Assembly: GCF_009834535.1 (NCBI RefSeq)
Contig: NC_045696.1
Span: 6,326,001 to 6,390,000 of the forward strand
Length of the DNA stretch: 64,000 nt
Direction of reading: 5' to 3'
Origin: Camelus ferus
Taxonomy: Eukaryota
The position numbers and the translations under genes were made by a program. The first letter of the stretch is position 1, and the number at the start of each line of letters is the position of its first letter. Shown piece after piece: positions 33,861 to 46,600 of this stretch. The notes under the pieces are model-generated. The model was not told where the DNA came from and made no database searches. It was given only the letters and a program-made list of their open reading frames with translations.

Positions 33861-36800
33861 CTATTTTTTAAAGTTAACTGTATGCATGTGATGTTCACCT
33901 TTGAGGAAGAGGAAGCAGTTGAAACAACCCTTCAGAATTTGTCAACACAATTAGTTTGTGTCTCAATTTGAGGTAGATTTCCCAAGAGGTTGCTCCAAGC
34001 CCAAAAAAAAAAAAAAAAGTATGTGGTCTTAAATTGCAAAGTCCCCTCAGGATCTGTGTTGTGTGGAGGTGTTGTTACCTGGTGTTCCAGAGAGCACCAG
34101 AAGCACGCAGGTGCACAGAGCACAGCCCGCGTTTATCTGATGCCCGGGGAGGGACTTGATACTCTGTTTCTTCTCTGCATCCTTAAAATAACCTCTGTGG
34201 GGAAAGGATTGGTCTTATCTTGCTCACAAGGAAAGGGAGGCGTAGAGGCGAGGCTGGACTGAGAGCTGGGGGCTGGGGCTTCAGCATGCATTCAGTGAGA
34301 CCTCAGCAGGTGAGCGCACCTGTCCTGGCTTTAGTTCCTTCTTGAGGAAATGGGACCGCTCTTCCTGGCTTTCCACCCGGAGGAGTCACTCACCTTGTGA
34401 TGTCTGGCTATTTCCATTCGTAAAAGGGAGTCACCACTAGTGTAATCCCATCACACTCCTTCTAGGACTGTGATGGGATTAACCAAGTTGGAATTGTATG
34501 GAGCACATCCGAGGTCCTTAATATTTGTTAGCTAATGTGATTATTCACAGGAGTCCAGTACACTTTCCTTCTAGAAATAAAATGAGGAACCCCACAAAAG
34601 ATAACCCCCTCAATTTCTCCCACAGGTTGTGAATTGATTCTTTTTTTTTTCCAAGCAGCCAGTTTTCCTCTGATTAACATGTTCTTTCTCTTTATTAAGA
34701 AATAAAAACTCTTGCTGCAGAGTGAGTTCTCAGTTAGTCACAGGACTTTGCATTGTTTGTGACGGTGCCCAGGGAGGCTTGCTGCTGAATTGGCCTGCGC
34801 TTCTGCACGGCCCGCCCTGGAGAAGACCTCTGGGGTCTCGCTACCCTCTGCTTCTCTCTCTGTTTCTCAGTCTCACACTCCTTCCTGCCCCTTTCTTTCT
34901 CTTTGCAAGAGTTAACAACCCAACGGGAGCTTTTAAACACAGCAAGGACAACAGTGAGGGTGAGGAGGACTTCCCGAACATCTTCAATGCTCAGGGGTTC
35001 GCCTGGAACCTGCTTCCATTCACCCCACGCTGCCTCTCATAGGTGCCCAGTCAGTTCTCTCATCCCAGGGCACCTGGGACAGTGCAAGCTTTTCATCTGG
35101 AGTAAAGAAATAAAGAGAAGATTGGCAGCAGACTCTGCCTGCTCCAGGCGCGAGTCTCAAAAGCGGTAGCCACAAGTCTCCATCTGAGTTCCGTCTTTAA
35201 TTTCATCTTGTGTGAACTCCTAGCACTAGAAGCATGTTAATATCCGCATATAAAATAAGAATATTGCCCCAGGTCAAGGACAAGTGACTTTCTGGATTAA
35301 CCATTCCATTGATTTAAATTAACTGGGAAGTCTTGCTGACTTGACCTGTTCAGCCAAAGACCGTGACTCCATTAAGCCTGCGAGAGAGGAGGAGAAGTAA
35401 GACGGACCCTCCAAGAGCAGCATCCCAGCCAAGAAAACCGTGCTTTGTTCTTGGGCATCCCTGAGAGACAGGCTTCTGTTCTACCCAGAAAACTGTTCCC
35501 ATTGACTCACTCATTCTTGGAAGCACAGTCATATCACAGGCAGTTTTGATAAGAAGCTGGTTATGAAATGAGCGCACATATATTTTTTTTAAGCCTTGTT
35601 TTTTGGACATGGAAAACATCTTTTTTTAGACCACATGTTTACTGCTTTGGTAAACAGTAAAATGCTGCTGTAGCAATTACCTTGAGGATAAAGGGTTTGT
35701 AGACAGATATTTCCTGCGTTCACTTCCTACACAGATAGCCAGCCCGACCAGGGGCGCACCGACGCAGGAAAGGCTCCCAGTGGAAACTTCCTCTGCAAAT
35801 GCACGGTCTGTTTATTCACTATCTCCCCACCAGAGCGAATGAGCCTATTGCTACAGATTTTCTGGCGGAACTCTCTATCTTGAAGTAGGTGGAAATACAG
35901 CATTTCGGTAATGGCTTTAGTCCCTTGTTCTCAGCCTTGGTCTTCGCTGGTTTGTGGGGAGACGAGTGTAACTCGATTAGACAGTGTCAGTGAGCAAGTC
36001 TTGAGCCCTGAGGGCATCTCAGTCTCCTTTGAATCCTGGAGAATGATTCATGAGTCTGCTTTTGTCTTTGTTGAAAAATAAGCCTCTTTGAGATCCAATT
36101 GGAGGGTTTTTCCCCCCTGTGGTTATTTAGCATAAAGGTCATTTTAGATTTTGCTTTCTTTGGCCAAGCAGAGATCACCCGATTTGGGTACAGAAATCTC
36201 AGTGCGCAGATTGTTCTCTGCCGATTTTACACCAGTTATTAAATTCCAGTGAAGGCATTGTTTAGGTCCTTTGAACCAAAGCAAATAAAACCACAACACA
36301 CCAACACTGAACAATAGGGAATCATCAATTTTCCATCTACAGGATATGTCCTTACCAACTGGCCCCTTTGTAGGGGAAAGAAAATATATCAAGTCAACAA
36401 ACAGTAACACTGAACAATAAACTAAACAAAATAAATAGCACCTGAAAGGCAGTCAGCTCCCGCCCTGGCAACGCTCCAAGTAGCGATGTTTACATGCTCT
36501 AAGCATGGAAACCGACGGCTCCACCCAGATCTCCTGCGGGTCCCTGAAGTAATGAGAAGACTGAGCCCCTGTTCATTGCTGGGTCACTTCGTGCCAGGGG
36601 ACCTCCCTGATCAGAAAGCACCTGTGAGCTTTGCGTCACAATGGACGAGAGGATAGACAGTGTCCGACGGCGAGCCTCCCTCCAGAGCGTGTCCCATAGG
36701 TACTGCTGGCTGTTGAGCGGGGGAGGCAGGGACAACATCTGACCTGAGGGGCTGCCAGCTGTGGCCGGGGGTAGTCCTGCCTCAGGAAGGTCCTAGTACA

Positions 36801-37739
36801 CGAACGCACTCCGGTGATTCTATTTACACAGTCACTCGGCACGTATTCTGGTGGAATTGACATGCAATTGCCCCAAGCGGCATTTTTCTTTTCAAGACTC
36901 ATTTGTTTGTGGGCTTTTGCTCATCTGGTGGGAAGACCCTGTCACATGTCAGGAGCCTCCTGTTTGAATGCAGGTCTTTCTTCCTCCGCACCTGTTCCCC
37001 CTCCACCTTTATGGTGCAGTTTTGTTACCTTTTGGTGAAACTGCATGAAGCATCTCCCTACAAGCTTCCTTCCCGATGCTGCCTTCCGCCACTTCTGCTT
37101 TTTTTTTTTTTTTTTTGCAAAATGACTTCTCTGATCTCCTCAGTCTGTATGGGTGCTGGTGCCACGGGGGTCACAGTGGTGTGGTGCTGGTGCCGGGCTG
37201 CAGCACTGGGAGACTCGTTTCTGGTGCGGGACGGAGCCCTGAGAGCATCCTCTCTGAAAGTCACCACTGCTTGCCCGAGGATAGTGGACGGTTTTTGTTT
37301 TCTTTAGCCTGAAGTGAATACAGGTTCAGTATATTCACTGGATAACGTATCGTTTAAACAACAAAACAGTAATAAAACCTTTGCTCTTTTCTCCTGTTTC
37401 AGAAACAATTATTGTAGGGGTTTAAAAAATAATTTAGAAAAGGAAGTTAAATTCATTGATATCACCCCATCAAGGGTCTGCTAAGGCTTGATTCTTTTTG
37501 GATTCTTTTGTCCTTTTTCCATGTACATAGGCATATTCTTTAAAAAGAATCATAGAATTCGAGACATTAGACTCATTTTAATAGTCCCTTCCACTGCCTT
37601 TTTCTCCAGGATAGTGAAGAAAAGAGTGAGGGCTGAGCTTTTATGATCCCCTCTAGAGATTAAGGCCCCATGTCCCTTCCTAAGGACCCAGTGTCTTATT
37701 ACGAAGCAGGACCAGACAACCGGGGAGGACCCCTGTGCC

Positions 37740-37880
37740 AGCGTTTCCTAGCAAGGGCCCTTCACTTTTCTGTGCCCCGGTTTCCTCATCTGGAGACTAG
37801 CTCTAATAACAATAACAACACCTGCTTCTTGGTGGTGGTGCAAGGATCAGATAGCTCAGTACGTGTCCTTGCTTGAACAG
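37740..37880 (+). mobile_element. MIR SINE fragment
   Basis: CTTCACTTTTCTGTGCCCCGGTTTCCTCATCTG core. Confidence 0.6.
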
Positions 37881-38027
37881 TGATGTGTTCTCATGTGCTG
37901 GTGTGCGCTCTTTTTTGGTTACTAATCCTGGTCTGATTCTTAATTTACTCTCTTGTCTTACTTGCTTTTCCTGAAGTGATCAGTTCTTGATTGTGTTCAC
38001 CTCTATTCATCTTTTAAGAAAATTCTT

Positions 38028-38180
38028 ATGTTTTATTGAAGTGTAGCCAGTTTGCAATGTTAGTTTCAGGTGCACAGCAAAGTGATTCAGTTATACATAT
38101 ACATACACGTATGTATTTTTTCAGTTTCTTTTCCATTACAGCTCATTACAAGAAATTGACTGTAGTTCCCTGTGCTGTAC
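38028..38180 (-). mobile_element. L1 3'-end fragment, antisense
   Basis: TATTGAAGTGTAGCCAGTTTGCAATGTTAGTTTCAGGTGCACAGCAAAGTGATTCAG...GTTCCCTGTGCTGTACA. Confidence 0.85.
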
Positions 38181-40237
38181 ATCTGTGCATCTTTTCAATG
38201 GATTCCTCAAACACACTTTGGATATATATAGCTTCTTCTGAAGAGATGAAAGTGTTTCCCTGCGTTACTGGTTTCTTTCTTGTACCGTTCCTTTGAGGAG
38301 AGTGGAGTAGACACTATGGAGTCTCCACTGCGAGTCCATTTAGGAGTTCACGCAACACGTTAACCAAACTTTCAGCAGCTGAGCTCAGCTGCATTTTTAT
38401 GAGCCCAGAGAACCAATAGTTTTGAGGATCCCAAAAGAAAACCAAGGTGGAGGGAGGGCTGCAAGACGCTCACTGTCTCCTCGCCAGCCTTTTCCCAGGT
38501 CTGTGCCAGTGAATGAGTGAATGAATGAGTAAATGAATGCGTTCTTGCAGTGGGGGGTCACAGCTGGTCTCTGGAGGGGTCCTCATGCGGAAGGCATCAA
38601 GTGTTATTTTGAACCACGTGAATTATCCTATTGCTAGTTAATGTCTATGACTAGGAATCTGTGAAACCCACTGAAGACCAGAAACTCTCAAAGCACTGCT
38701 TGTTAAAGTTCACCACTTTATGCTGAAGTCACATGGCTGTCATCATGTAATAGTTTATCTGTGCTGACCACACCTGGTAAGCAGCCGGCCTTTAGTAAAC
38801 GTCTATTCAGTAAATGAATATCTGCCTGGGTGATAAATGCATGAATGCGTGCATTAATTACTGAGGTGGTACCTGATGGCATCATGGAGAACTATTTCAT
38901 TTCATTCAGTGAGTGACTATTGACTTCTTGTATGCAAAGCAGTATGTTTTTTGCCCCCTAGAGGTTAGGAGAGAAGTTGTACGTGTTGATCAGAAGACAG
39001 AATTCTCCCTATGTCTGGGGACTAACATCTTGGGTGCCCCTGTATCTCATCTGAAGGCATTATGTGTCCTAAAGAACCCAGCTGTGCTTGGGAAGCTGGG
39101 ATGACCATGAGGCTGCCCAGCACCTACTGGGGTTTTTGAACATTTGTGTGCACATGCCCGAGAAATGCATGTGTCTGTGCTGGGGCCATGGATGGAGATG
39201 CTTCCATCTGCAAGGTAAAAGCAGAGATGCAGTTCTCAGAGCCTGCATGTCGTTACCTGCCACTTGTCCAGATGAGGCAAAACCAAGCAGCAGTTTTGCT
39301 TTGACTGAGTGAGGACACCTGCAAGTATTTATCCAAGGTGTGCAGTGGGTCATTAAATGTTCAGCTGTAACAACCCACTATGCAGAAGGTCCTCCTGGGC
39401 ACCACGGAGTGAAGGTCATGTTTAATGGATTACGGGGGGCACCATTTCTTTCCCCTCTTTGGTTACTGCACTCGCTCCTTAGAAATTTCAGTGAAGCTGT
39501 AACGTGATCTCTTCTACACGTCTGCTGATATCCAAGGGACTGGTTCACACTGAGGGTTTCCATGTTCACTGGTGAGCCAGGCAGCTCTTCCAGTGCTGTG
39601 ATTAGTTTATAAATGACATCTGCAGTGGATATGACGTGGGAGAGCATTTTCAGAAATAGCTAAGTTCCGTATATGTAATTGCAAGGTAATCTGCTTTATG
39701 AGAAAGGTCGACCTGAACAACCAACTTATCTAAGCCAGATCATAAAATCAGGTTCCCTACCGAAATCTTAAGTTTAGTGAATGTATTATTAACTTAATAA
39801 GCTTTACTGGTCAAAGTACTATGTATAAGCCAAGGAAAATGTCATCTTAAATAAAACCTACAGAATTTGGTTCTCTTTTGTAAGATTTTTTTTAAATGAA
39901 GCATCAACCTAATAATTTTTCAATCTAGTAATTTAAGAGTTTGGCTCACTGTTATTTCTCCAGCACCTAGAGCATAAAGTGTGGCTCACACGTATTTGCT
40001 GAATGAACGGACACAAGAATAAATGACCAAATGTGCCTCAGAGTCTTTCCCCGAGGGAAGCACGTCTTCAGCAGAATATATGATTAGAAGAGGTCGGACT
40101 TGGGTCCTCTCCTAGTAAACACTGCAATCCAGTTTTTAAGGGGTTGAAGAGGAGGAAGCAATGTTTATCTGGGAGTCAAAAGTTGGAATAAAATTGGTCA
40201 TTGAGGAGTCCAGTGTTTTTCAACCCAATTATCCTTT

Positions 40238-40750
40238 TGAAAATTTATTTTTCATTTTTTTATTGAATTTTGCAATGTGTTAATTTCTGGTGTATAGCAC
40301 AGAGATTCAGATATATGTATATGTGTGTGTATGTGTATATATATACACACCTTTTCATATTCTTTTCATTATAGGCCATTATAAGGTATTGAATATAGCT
40401 CCCTGTGCTCTACAGTAGGACCTGGTTGTTTATCTGTTTTATATATAGTAGTTAGTATCTACAAATCTTGAACTCCCAATTTATCTTTCCTCTCTCTTCC
40501 CCTCTGGTAACCATAAATTTGTTGTCTATGTCTGTGAGTCTGTCTGTTTTGTAAATAAGCTCATTTGTGTCTTTTTTTTTCCTAGATTCCACATATAAGT
40601 GGTATCATATTGTATTTTTCTTTCTCTTTCTGGGCTTACATCACTTAGTATGATGATCTCCAGGTCCATCCATGTTGCTGCAAATGACATTTTATTCTTT
40701 TTTCTGGCTGAGTAGTATTCCATTGTATATGTATACTATAACTTCTTCAG
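40238..40750 (-). mobile_element. 5'-truncated L1, antisense, with 14-bp TSD
   Basis: Minus-strand ORF MEYYSARKKNKMSFAATWMDLEIIILSDVS is the L1 ORF2p C-terminus. Exact CCCAATTATCCTTT at 40224-40237 and 40751-40764. Confidence 0.92.
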
Positions 40751-41299
40751 CCCAATTATCCTTTGGATCAGGAAACTTAATTATCTTTAGGATAATTAAA
40801 AGGCACTCTTAAGAGAACTAGGATTTTGTTGAGGAAAATACACACATGACACAATCATAATTTGACCAATTTCTCCACAAGTGTTGCTTAGAAAAACATC
40901 CTAAAGAAATTAGGTTTTAATTCCCATTGGCTATTTTTCTTTTTTTCTCTTCAACTTCTAACATTCTTTTCAAACAAATATTGAGAGATTTAAAGATGTT
41001 TGGTGAAATACCTTCCCACCTGATGATGACTTTCATTAGAATCTGAACAGACGTTTTTCCCTCAGTGGTACAAGAGACACATTTTCCTAAGCAGAAAAAT
41101 CAGGGCGTGATTAGACAAAGGTGTTCACGTGAAAAGTTTTACAAAATTAGAGTTACTCTGAAAGATTCAGGCTCTCTGGTTGCTGTAGCCCGGGCATCAG
41201 CTCAAGCTCTTGTGGAAACTGTACTGACTGTAAGGCAAATAGTGGGCTACACAATGCTCTGAAGTGACAAATTTGTTGTTAAAAACAGCACCCGCAGGT

Positions 41300-41700
41300 A
41301 GTGGATTAGTCCCCTAGAGTTGCGGGGCTTCAAACTAGAGATGTATTCTCTCAGAGTTTAGGAGGCCTGAAGTCCAAAATCCAGGTGTCACAGGACTGGT
41401 TCTGGAGGCTCTGAGAGAACCACTCCAGACCCCTCTCCCACCTTCAAGTGGTTGCCTAAATCCTTGCCTCTCTCGGATTGTAGCCACATCACTTCCATCT
41501 CTGCATCTGTCTTCACGTCACCTTTTCTCTGAGTCTCTGTCCTTTTTGGTCTCTGATGAGGATGCTCTCAGATTTAGGGTCTGCGCTAACCTAGTACAAC
41601 CTCATCTCAGTCCTCACCCTAGTTACACCTGCAAAAGCCCCATTTTCAAATAAGGTCCCCTTCCGAGGTTCCAGGTGGGCTTGGGGGCCACCCTTCAGGC
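41300..41700 (-). mobile_element. MLT1 (MaLR) LTR
   Basis: ATGTATTCTCTCAGAGTTTAGGAGGCCTGAAGTCCAAAATCCAGGTGTC...CATCTGTCTTCACGTC...TTTTCAAATAAGGTC...GAGGTTCCAGGTGG. Confidence 0.8.
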
Positions 41701-43822
41701 AGGAAGGAGACAGAGCAGGTTTCAAGGTGCAGCTTCCCCTCCACATGTTGCTTGCCGCTGAGAAGAGCAGGTACGTCTCAGTGATAAATGCTAACGACTG
41801 AAGTGCCAGGGCTGGGCTTCTTACCTTCATGCTTAGGTAGAAATCACTCACGTGTCAATACCATTTTGGAATTCGTCAATACGATTTGTTTCACTGGAAA
41901 AAAAATACACAGCTTCACAGACTGAATGTCAGCCATTACATCGTTAAGTGCAGGATGGCGATCAAAACTAAAAATCACTGTAAGGCAAAGTGTTTACTCT
42001 GCAACCGTTCGGTTTCACAAGATATTGAGGCTGATGCTGTGGTTGCCCTTATCTCATCGTTTTGCGCCGTGCGTGTCGAGAACTGCAACAAGGTTAGGGC
42101 AGCCCGAGCCGGCTCCTCAGAGTCACGTGGGGACTTAAGCAGCCGGTCACCCGCATCCTGTCTCCCGGCTCTGAGGGGTTGCCTGCAACCCTTGCCTTAG
42201 ACTGGAGCTGCAGCACCTGCGTCTCTGCATGTCTCTGCATCACCTTTACATCTGCTGTCTTCACATCACCTTTGTCTCTGAGTCTCTGTCCTTTCTGGTC
42301 TCTTAGAAGGATGCTTTCAGATTTAGGGTCTGCGCTAACCTAGTATGATCTCATCTTGTGAGATGAGTCTAGACTGATGGGTGAGTCTAGACTGATGGGT
42401 GAGTGTGCCGTTTACATCCTATAAAACAGTGATTCACGTGCCCTTTTTCATCACCTCTTTGAGTTGAACCTGCACGCTCCTGAGGCATAAAATGACCTCA
42501 TAAACTGCATTACCAACTGGCCTGAAGGTTCCGTTTTTGTCTTCTGGCTGTACTATCTGCAGAGGTTATAATACATGGAGGATTTGGAACCAGAAACACG
42601 AACGGCCCCTAAACATTCTGCTCTTATGTCTTGTGAAAAGGATCTGACCCTAAGTTAAAAAAAAATTGAACTTTGTCTTATCACAGATGATGAAGGCTCT
42701 GCAAGATTTTCTTGGGAAAGAAATGCCAATTTGAATTGACCCAGTCAGGGGCTTTGGTCACATTTGTGCATGTCCTTGTCAACTTCAAGTACACATGATG
42801 GTCACTCTGGGATGAAAAGTTGGGCTAGAGCTCATCTCCACCTGGTCTTAGGCTAAGACACCGAAAGCTCCCAGGGTGACTGGGAGAACCGGACCAGTGG
42901 AACCCCTTCCTAGCATCAGCTAGGAGGCAAATGCAGACGTGGTCTGTTCTCCGTGACGAGGGAGTCAGTCCACGTGCTCTCCTCTCGCAGCTCCCGCTCC
43001 CGGGGGTAAGGATGTTCTTACCCACGGATGGCAGGAGAAGGCACGTGTGAAGCAAATAAGTGCACACCCTGGAAGCAAGACCTCGAGGCGGGGGTAGCCT
43101 GTCCTTTTGCAGTAACACCTCCCCATGTGACATGTGCCCTCTGCTGTGACACTGTCTCATGCTGTTTCTAGAGGCCAGTCCAGAGACAGCACAGGAGATA
43201 CACTCCATGGAGACTCAGCCCTGCTGTGGCCCCGCAGACACCCCTCCCTCCCCCCGCCGAGGCCTCGCACATCGTGACTTATCCATGGGAAGACGAGCAG
43301 CTAGGTTCAAAGGAGAGATAAGACGTAATGTTAGGATGGACTGTTTGAGGGGGCTGTCTTTGATCATCATCAAGTCTAGATTAAAATCTCGGGAGAGTGG
43401 ATTTGCTTAGAACAAGCTAAATGAATGTTTTCCCTCCCTTTTATTCTTTTCTTCTTATTTTTAAAAATCTGAGTTACAGTCACACCAGCAGACAGGTTAG
43501 TCATGCAGAATATCTGCCCCTCATAGTACTTTGTATATGGACTTAAATATTTTTCTTGTTGAAATGCTGTACGTGGGGTATATTTTGCACCCACCTGGGT
43601 TTTTTAGCCAGTTCTAAGCTTTCAGGGCTCTTAGCCTTTACCGATTTATTGTTGATATCCTGCAAATAAACAACCTAGTGACTCAGTGTAAACTGATGCT
43701 AAAGAAAGCTATTGCCTGAGTGAGACGTCAGATGGCCTCAGAGATTCCTCTTCAGTGTTGTCAAAGTTATTTTCAACCGTAGGTAGCAGATTTCCTAACC
43801 ACTCGGTATTTTAGGTGCGCCA

Positions 43823-44040
43823 GCTTGGTTAGCTCAATTGGTTACAGCACATGCTGATAAAGGCAAGATCACAGGTTTTCTCCCCCTGGAAGCTAATAAC
43901 TTCTCAGAGATTAAAAAAAAAAAAATCCCTTCTGTGACCACAAGCTGCGTCACTGATGCACATGCCATCGTGGTTGGAAGAGAGGCATAGAGTGCAAGCG
44001 AGGGGCCAGCTCGGGGCAGGTGTCCCTCCTGTTGGACAAA
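43823..44040 (+). mobile_element. Ancient tRNA-Ile-derived SINE (MamSINE1-like)
   Basis: GCTTGGTTAGCTCAATTGGTTACAGCAC-ATGCTGATAA-GGCAAGATCACAGGTT resembles a degenerate tRNA-Ile(AAT) head, followed by a body with GACCACA..CTGC and TGCCAT motifs. Confidence 0.6.
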
Positions 44041-44056
44041 AGAAATAGAAGAGGAC

Positions 44057-44210
44057 GGGGGAGGGTGTAGCTCAGTGGTAGAGTGCGTGCTTGGCATGCA
44101 TGAGGTCCTGAGTTCCATCCCCAGTACTGCCATTAAAATAAATCAGTAAATAAACTTAATCATCTCTCCCCAAAATAAAACAAAACAAAAGAAACATAAA
44201 AGGAAAAAAA
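44057..44210 (+). mobile_element. tRNA-derived SINE (Vic-1-like)
   Basis: GGGGAGGGTGTAGCTCAGTGGTAGAGTGCGTGCTTGGCATGCATGAGGTCCTGAGTTCCATCCCCAGTACTGCC followed by an A-rich tail. Confidence 0.88.
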
Positions 44211-45952
44211 CACTAAGTTTGTGTTTCTACTAGCAGACATGCGTTTCCACGTGTCCAGCTCCCTTAAAGCTAGTGATTTTATTTAAAAATGCCCCAAGTG
44301 ATTTTTCATGCTAATAACTTGCTCAAACCGAGGCCCAAGTTACCTGAGTTATCAGCCCAGCCGTGACCCACCTGCCCCCAGGACTTTGTCATCACTGCAC
44401 ATCTGCAGAAAGAGGCCGTTTACGTGGAGTTCAAATCTGGTTGTTTAGTCTACAAGGAGTGGGGGAAGGATCCTGTCTCTTTAATGTTTATAACGGTTGG
44501 ACAGAGCTTGTCGGGTGAAGGTTAATTGCTCTCCAGTTTAAGCAGTTGTGTGCCCAGATGGGTTATCAGGGCTGAACACTCGTTACAAGATTAATCTCAT
44601 TTCCGACAAGACTTCCCTTTCCTTCAACTGATTTTTGCCCAGCCATTGGAGCTGTCATCGGCCGTTAAAAGAAGGGTGATTACTCTGGGATATTCATGGT
44701 GGTATGCAGGGAAACAATGCAGAGCAGTGTCATATCTCAGGGAACATCTTTAGGAGAACACATTTCGGGGGTGTTACGAAGGCCGAGGCTCATAAACAGT
44801 GGGGACAATCAGACCCCTTACACCAGCGCTCCCGTGAAAAGGCGCAAAGCCAGTGTGCTGCTGCGGGGCAGGACCCTGCTCCCGGATGCAGAGTGACACT
44901 TCGGGCTCTGTTTGCTGCTGAGGATGTAAAAACAACTGGACTATGATCGGATCTTCATTCTTAAGGCCCCCACCTTAGCTATGAGGAGCTCTCTTTGCTG
45001 CCGTCCACCTGGAATTCTGTGACGGGAGACACTTCATTTAATTCCTGTGCACATTTCAGTTTGATTTCTGGGATTTCAGAGATACCATCTTCAAATATTT
45101 GCCTAAAAACAGGAGGCAGATTTGTCTTTATTTGATGACAAGTGGCTTCACTACTTTGGTTTATTTTGAGAAAATTTCCCAAGAGCATCGTCATCTCATC
45201 CCTTTGGGGTTTGGCTTGTGAGAATCCACTCATCAGTGAGCTGTTGGGCACCCATCGTGGCCATGGGCGCTGGGGGTACGTGAAGGGGGATGGACAGGCT
45301 CACGTGGCGCTCTCAGGCTCATGGGGATGGGGAGGTCTGACAGAGAGCACAGCGCAGCAGTGATGGTACATTGGGAGGTGGGACATGTGGGTATCAAACA
45401 GGAGAGAGACGGGCTCTATCTAGACTAGGTGGTTGGGGCAGGCTGTCAGGCGGACCCCCCAAGGAGGTGTGAGGACAGGGGTCGGGTGTCGCGTGGAAGA
45501 GTGTTGTGGGCCGAGCGGAGCAGCAAGAGCAAAGGCCCTGAGGCAGGGACCGGCTTGGGTGTCTGAGGGCAGCCACTGCGCTTATGCAGCTGGAGGGGAG
45601 AGAGGCTGGGCTGCAGGCGGTGGGCATCATGGCCTCGTGTAAACTCATTTCTCAGAGGAAGTGGTAAGAAGAACATCCTACTGGATGAAGAGGTCCACCT
45701 GCGTCACTTGTGGTCAGTTTCCCTCTCTGATAGATGTGAAAAGACTGGAGTGCCTTGGCATTGGGTACCATTTCCAGGAGCCCGGGGTAGACAGCCTGGA
45801 GGAAGTTACATTATGTAGGTTTCCTTTTCTTCTTCTTACATCCCATCTTGGTTACATTGCCCTTTTTCACTGGCTGGGCTGGTTTTCAGTATTCCCCCCT
45901 TTTCTTACATTTCCAAGTGCCTTTGCAGCTTTTTCAATTCCAGATTATTCCA

Positions 45953-46170
45953 TGCAGTGTGTTCAGTGGTTAAGCACGCGCCCTTGGGAGTCAGGCAGCT
46001 GGGGGTTAGAATTCTGTTGTTCACTGGCAGTGCGCTCCAGGCAACTCATTTAACTGCTGACCCTCTGTTTCCACATCTTTAAAATGAGGCGATGGTAGCT
46101 CCCACTTTAAAAGATTAACATGCAGTGTAGATACAGGAACTCACACAGGCACTTGTTACAGCGAGAGTCA
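45953..46170 (+). mobile_element. MIR SINE
   Basis: CAGTGGTTAAGCACGCG...GGAGTCAGGCAG...CCTCTGTTTCCACATCTTTAAAATGAGG. Confidence 0.75.
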
Positions 46171-46447
46171 CATTGTGATCGCGTCATTAAAGTTTTTGTT
46201 ATGAAGACCCTGTATTGTCTATAATGGCTCCCTTATTTAGCACTGCTCATTTCACTACGAAAAGGCGGCATAAATTATCATTAAGTCTAGAGATATTTTT
46301 GTTGATTGAAGACTTCTTGTCACAAGATTTTCTCAAGAAAAAAAAAAACCAGGTGAGATAATTTTTTCATTTCAGTATTTTTTTTTGTTGTTGAGTAATG
46401 TAAGTTCTTTAATGTTAACAGTATGTCTTTAATAGTAACATAGTGTA

Positions 46448-46600
46448 ATTTTTTAATTGAAGTACAGTCAGTTACATTGTGTAAGTTTCTGGTGTGCAGC
46501 ACAATGTCCCAGTCATGCATATACATACATATATTCGTTTTCATTACAAGATGCTGAATACAGTTCCCTGTGCTATACAGAAGAAACCTTTTTTTTAATC
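46448..46600 (-). mobile_element. L1 3'-end fragment, antisense
   Basis: AATTGAAGTACAGTCAGTTACA...GGTGTGCAGCACAATGTCCCAGTCATGCAT is the reverse complement of the L1 end at about 12340-12420. Confidence 0.88.

Noticed and set aside
35744..35758. CTCF-like CGACCAGGGGCGC
   Set aside because: One G short of the AG-R-K-GGC spacing of the core motif; a weak match.
40526..40723. 65-aa ORF MEYYSARKKNKMSFAATWMDLE
   Set aside because: C-terminal remnant of L1 ORF2p in a 5'-truncated insertion.
42364..42404. Short direct repeats as a possible CRISPR-like array
   Set aside because: Only two adjacent units with no spacers, in a mammalian context; a simple tandem duplication.
44057..44131. Apparent tRNA-Ala-like gene
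   Set aside because: Followed by a SINE tail and A-rich end, present in several diverged copies in the window, and has an imperfect T-arm; it is a SINE head.
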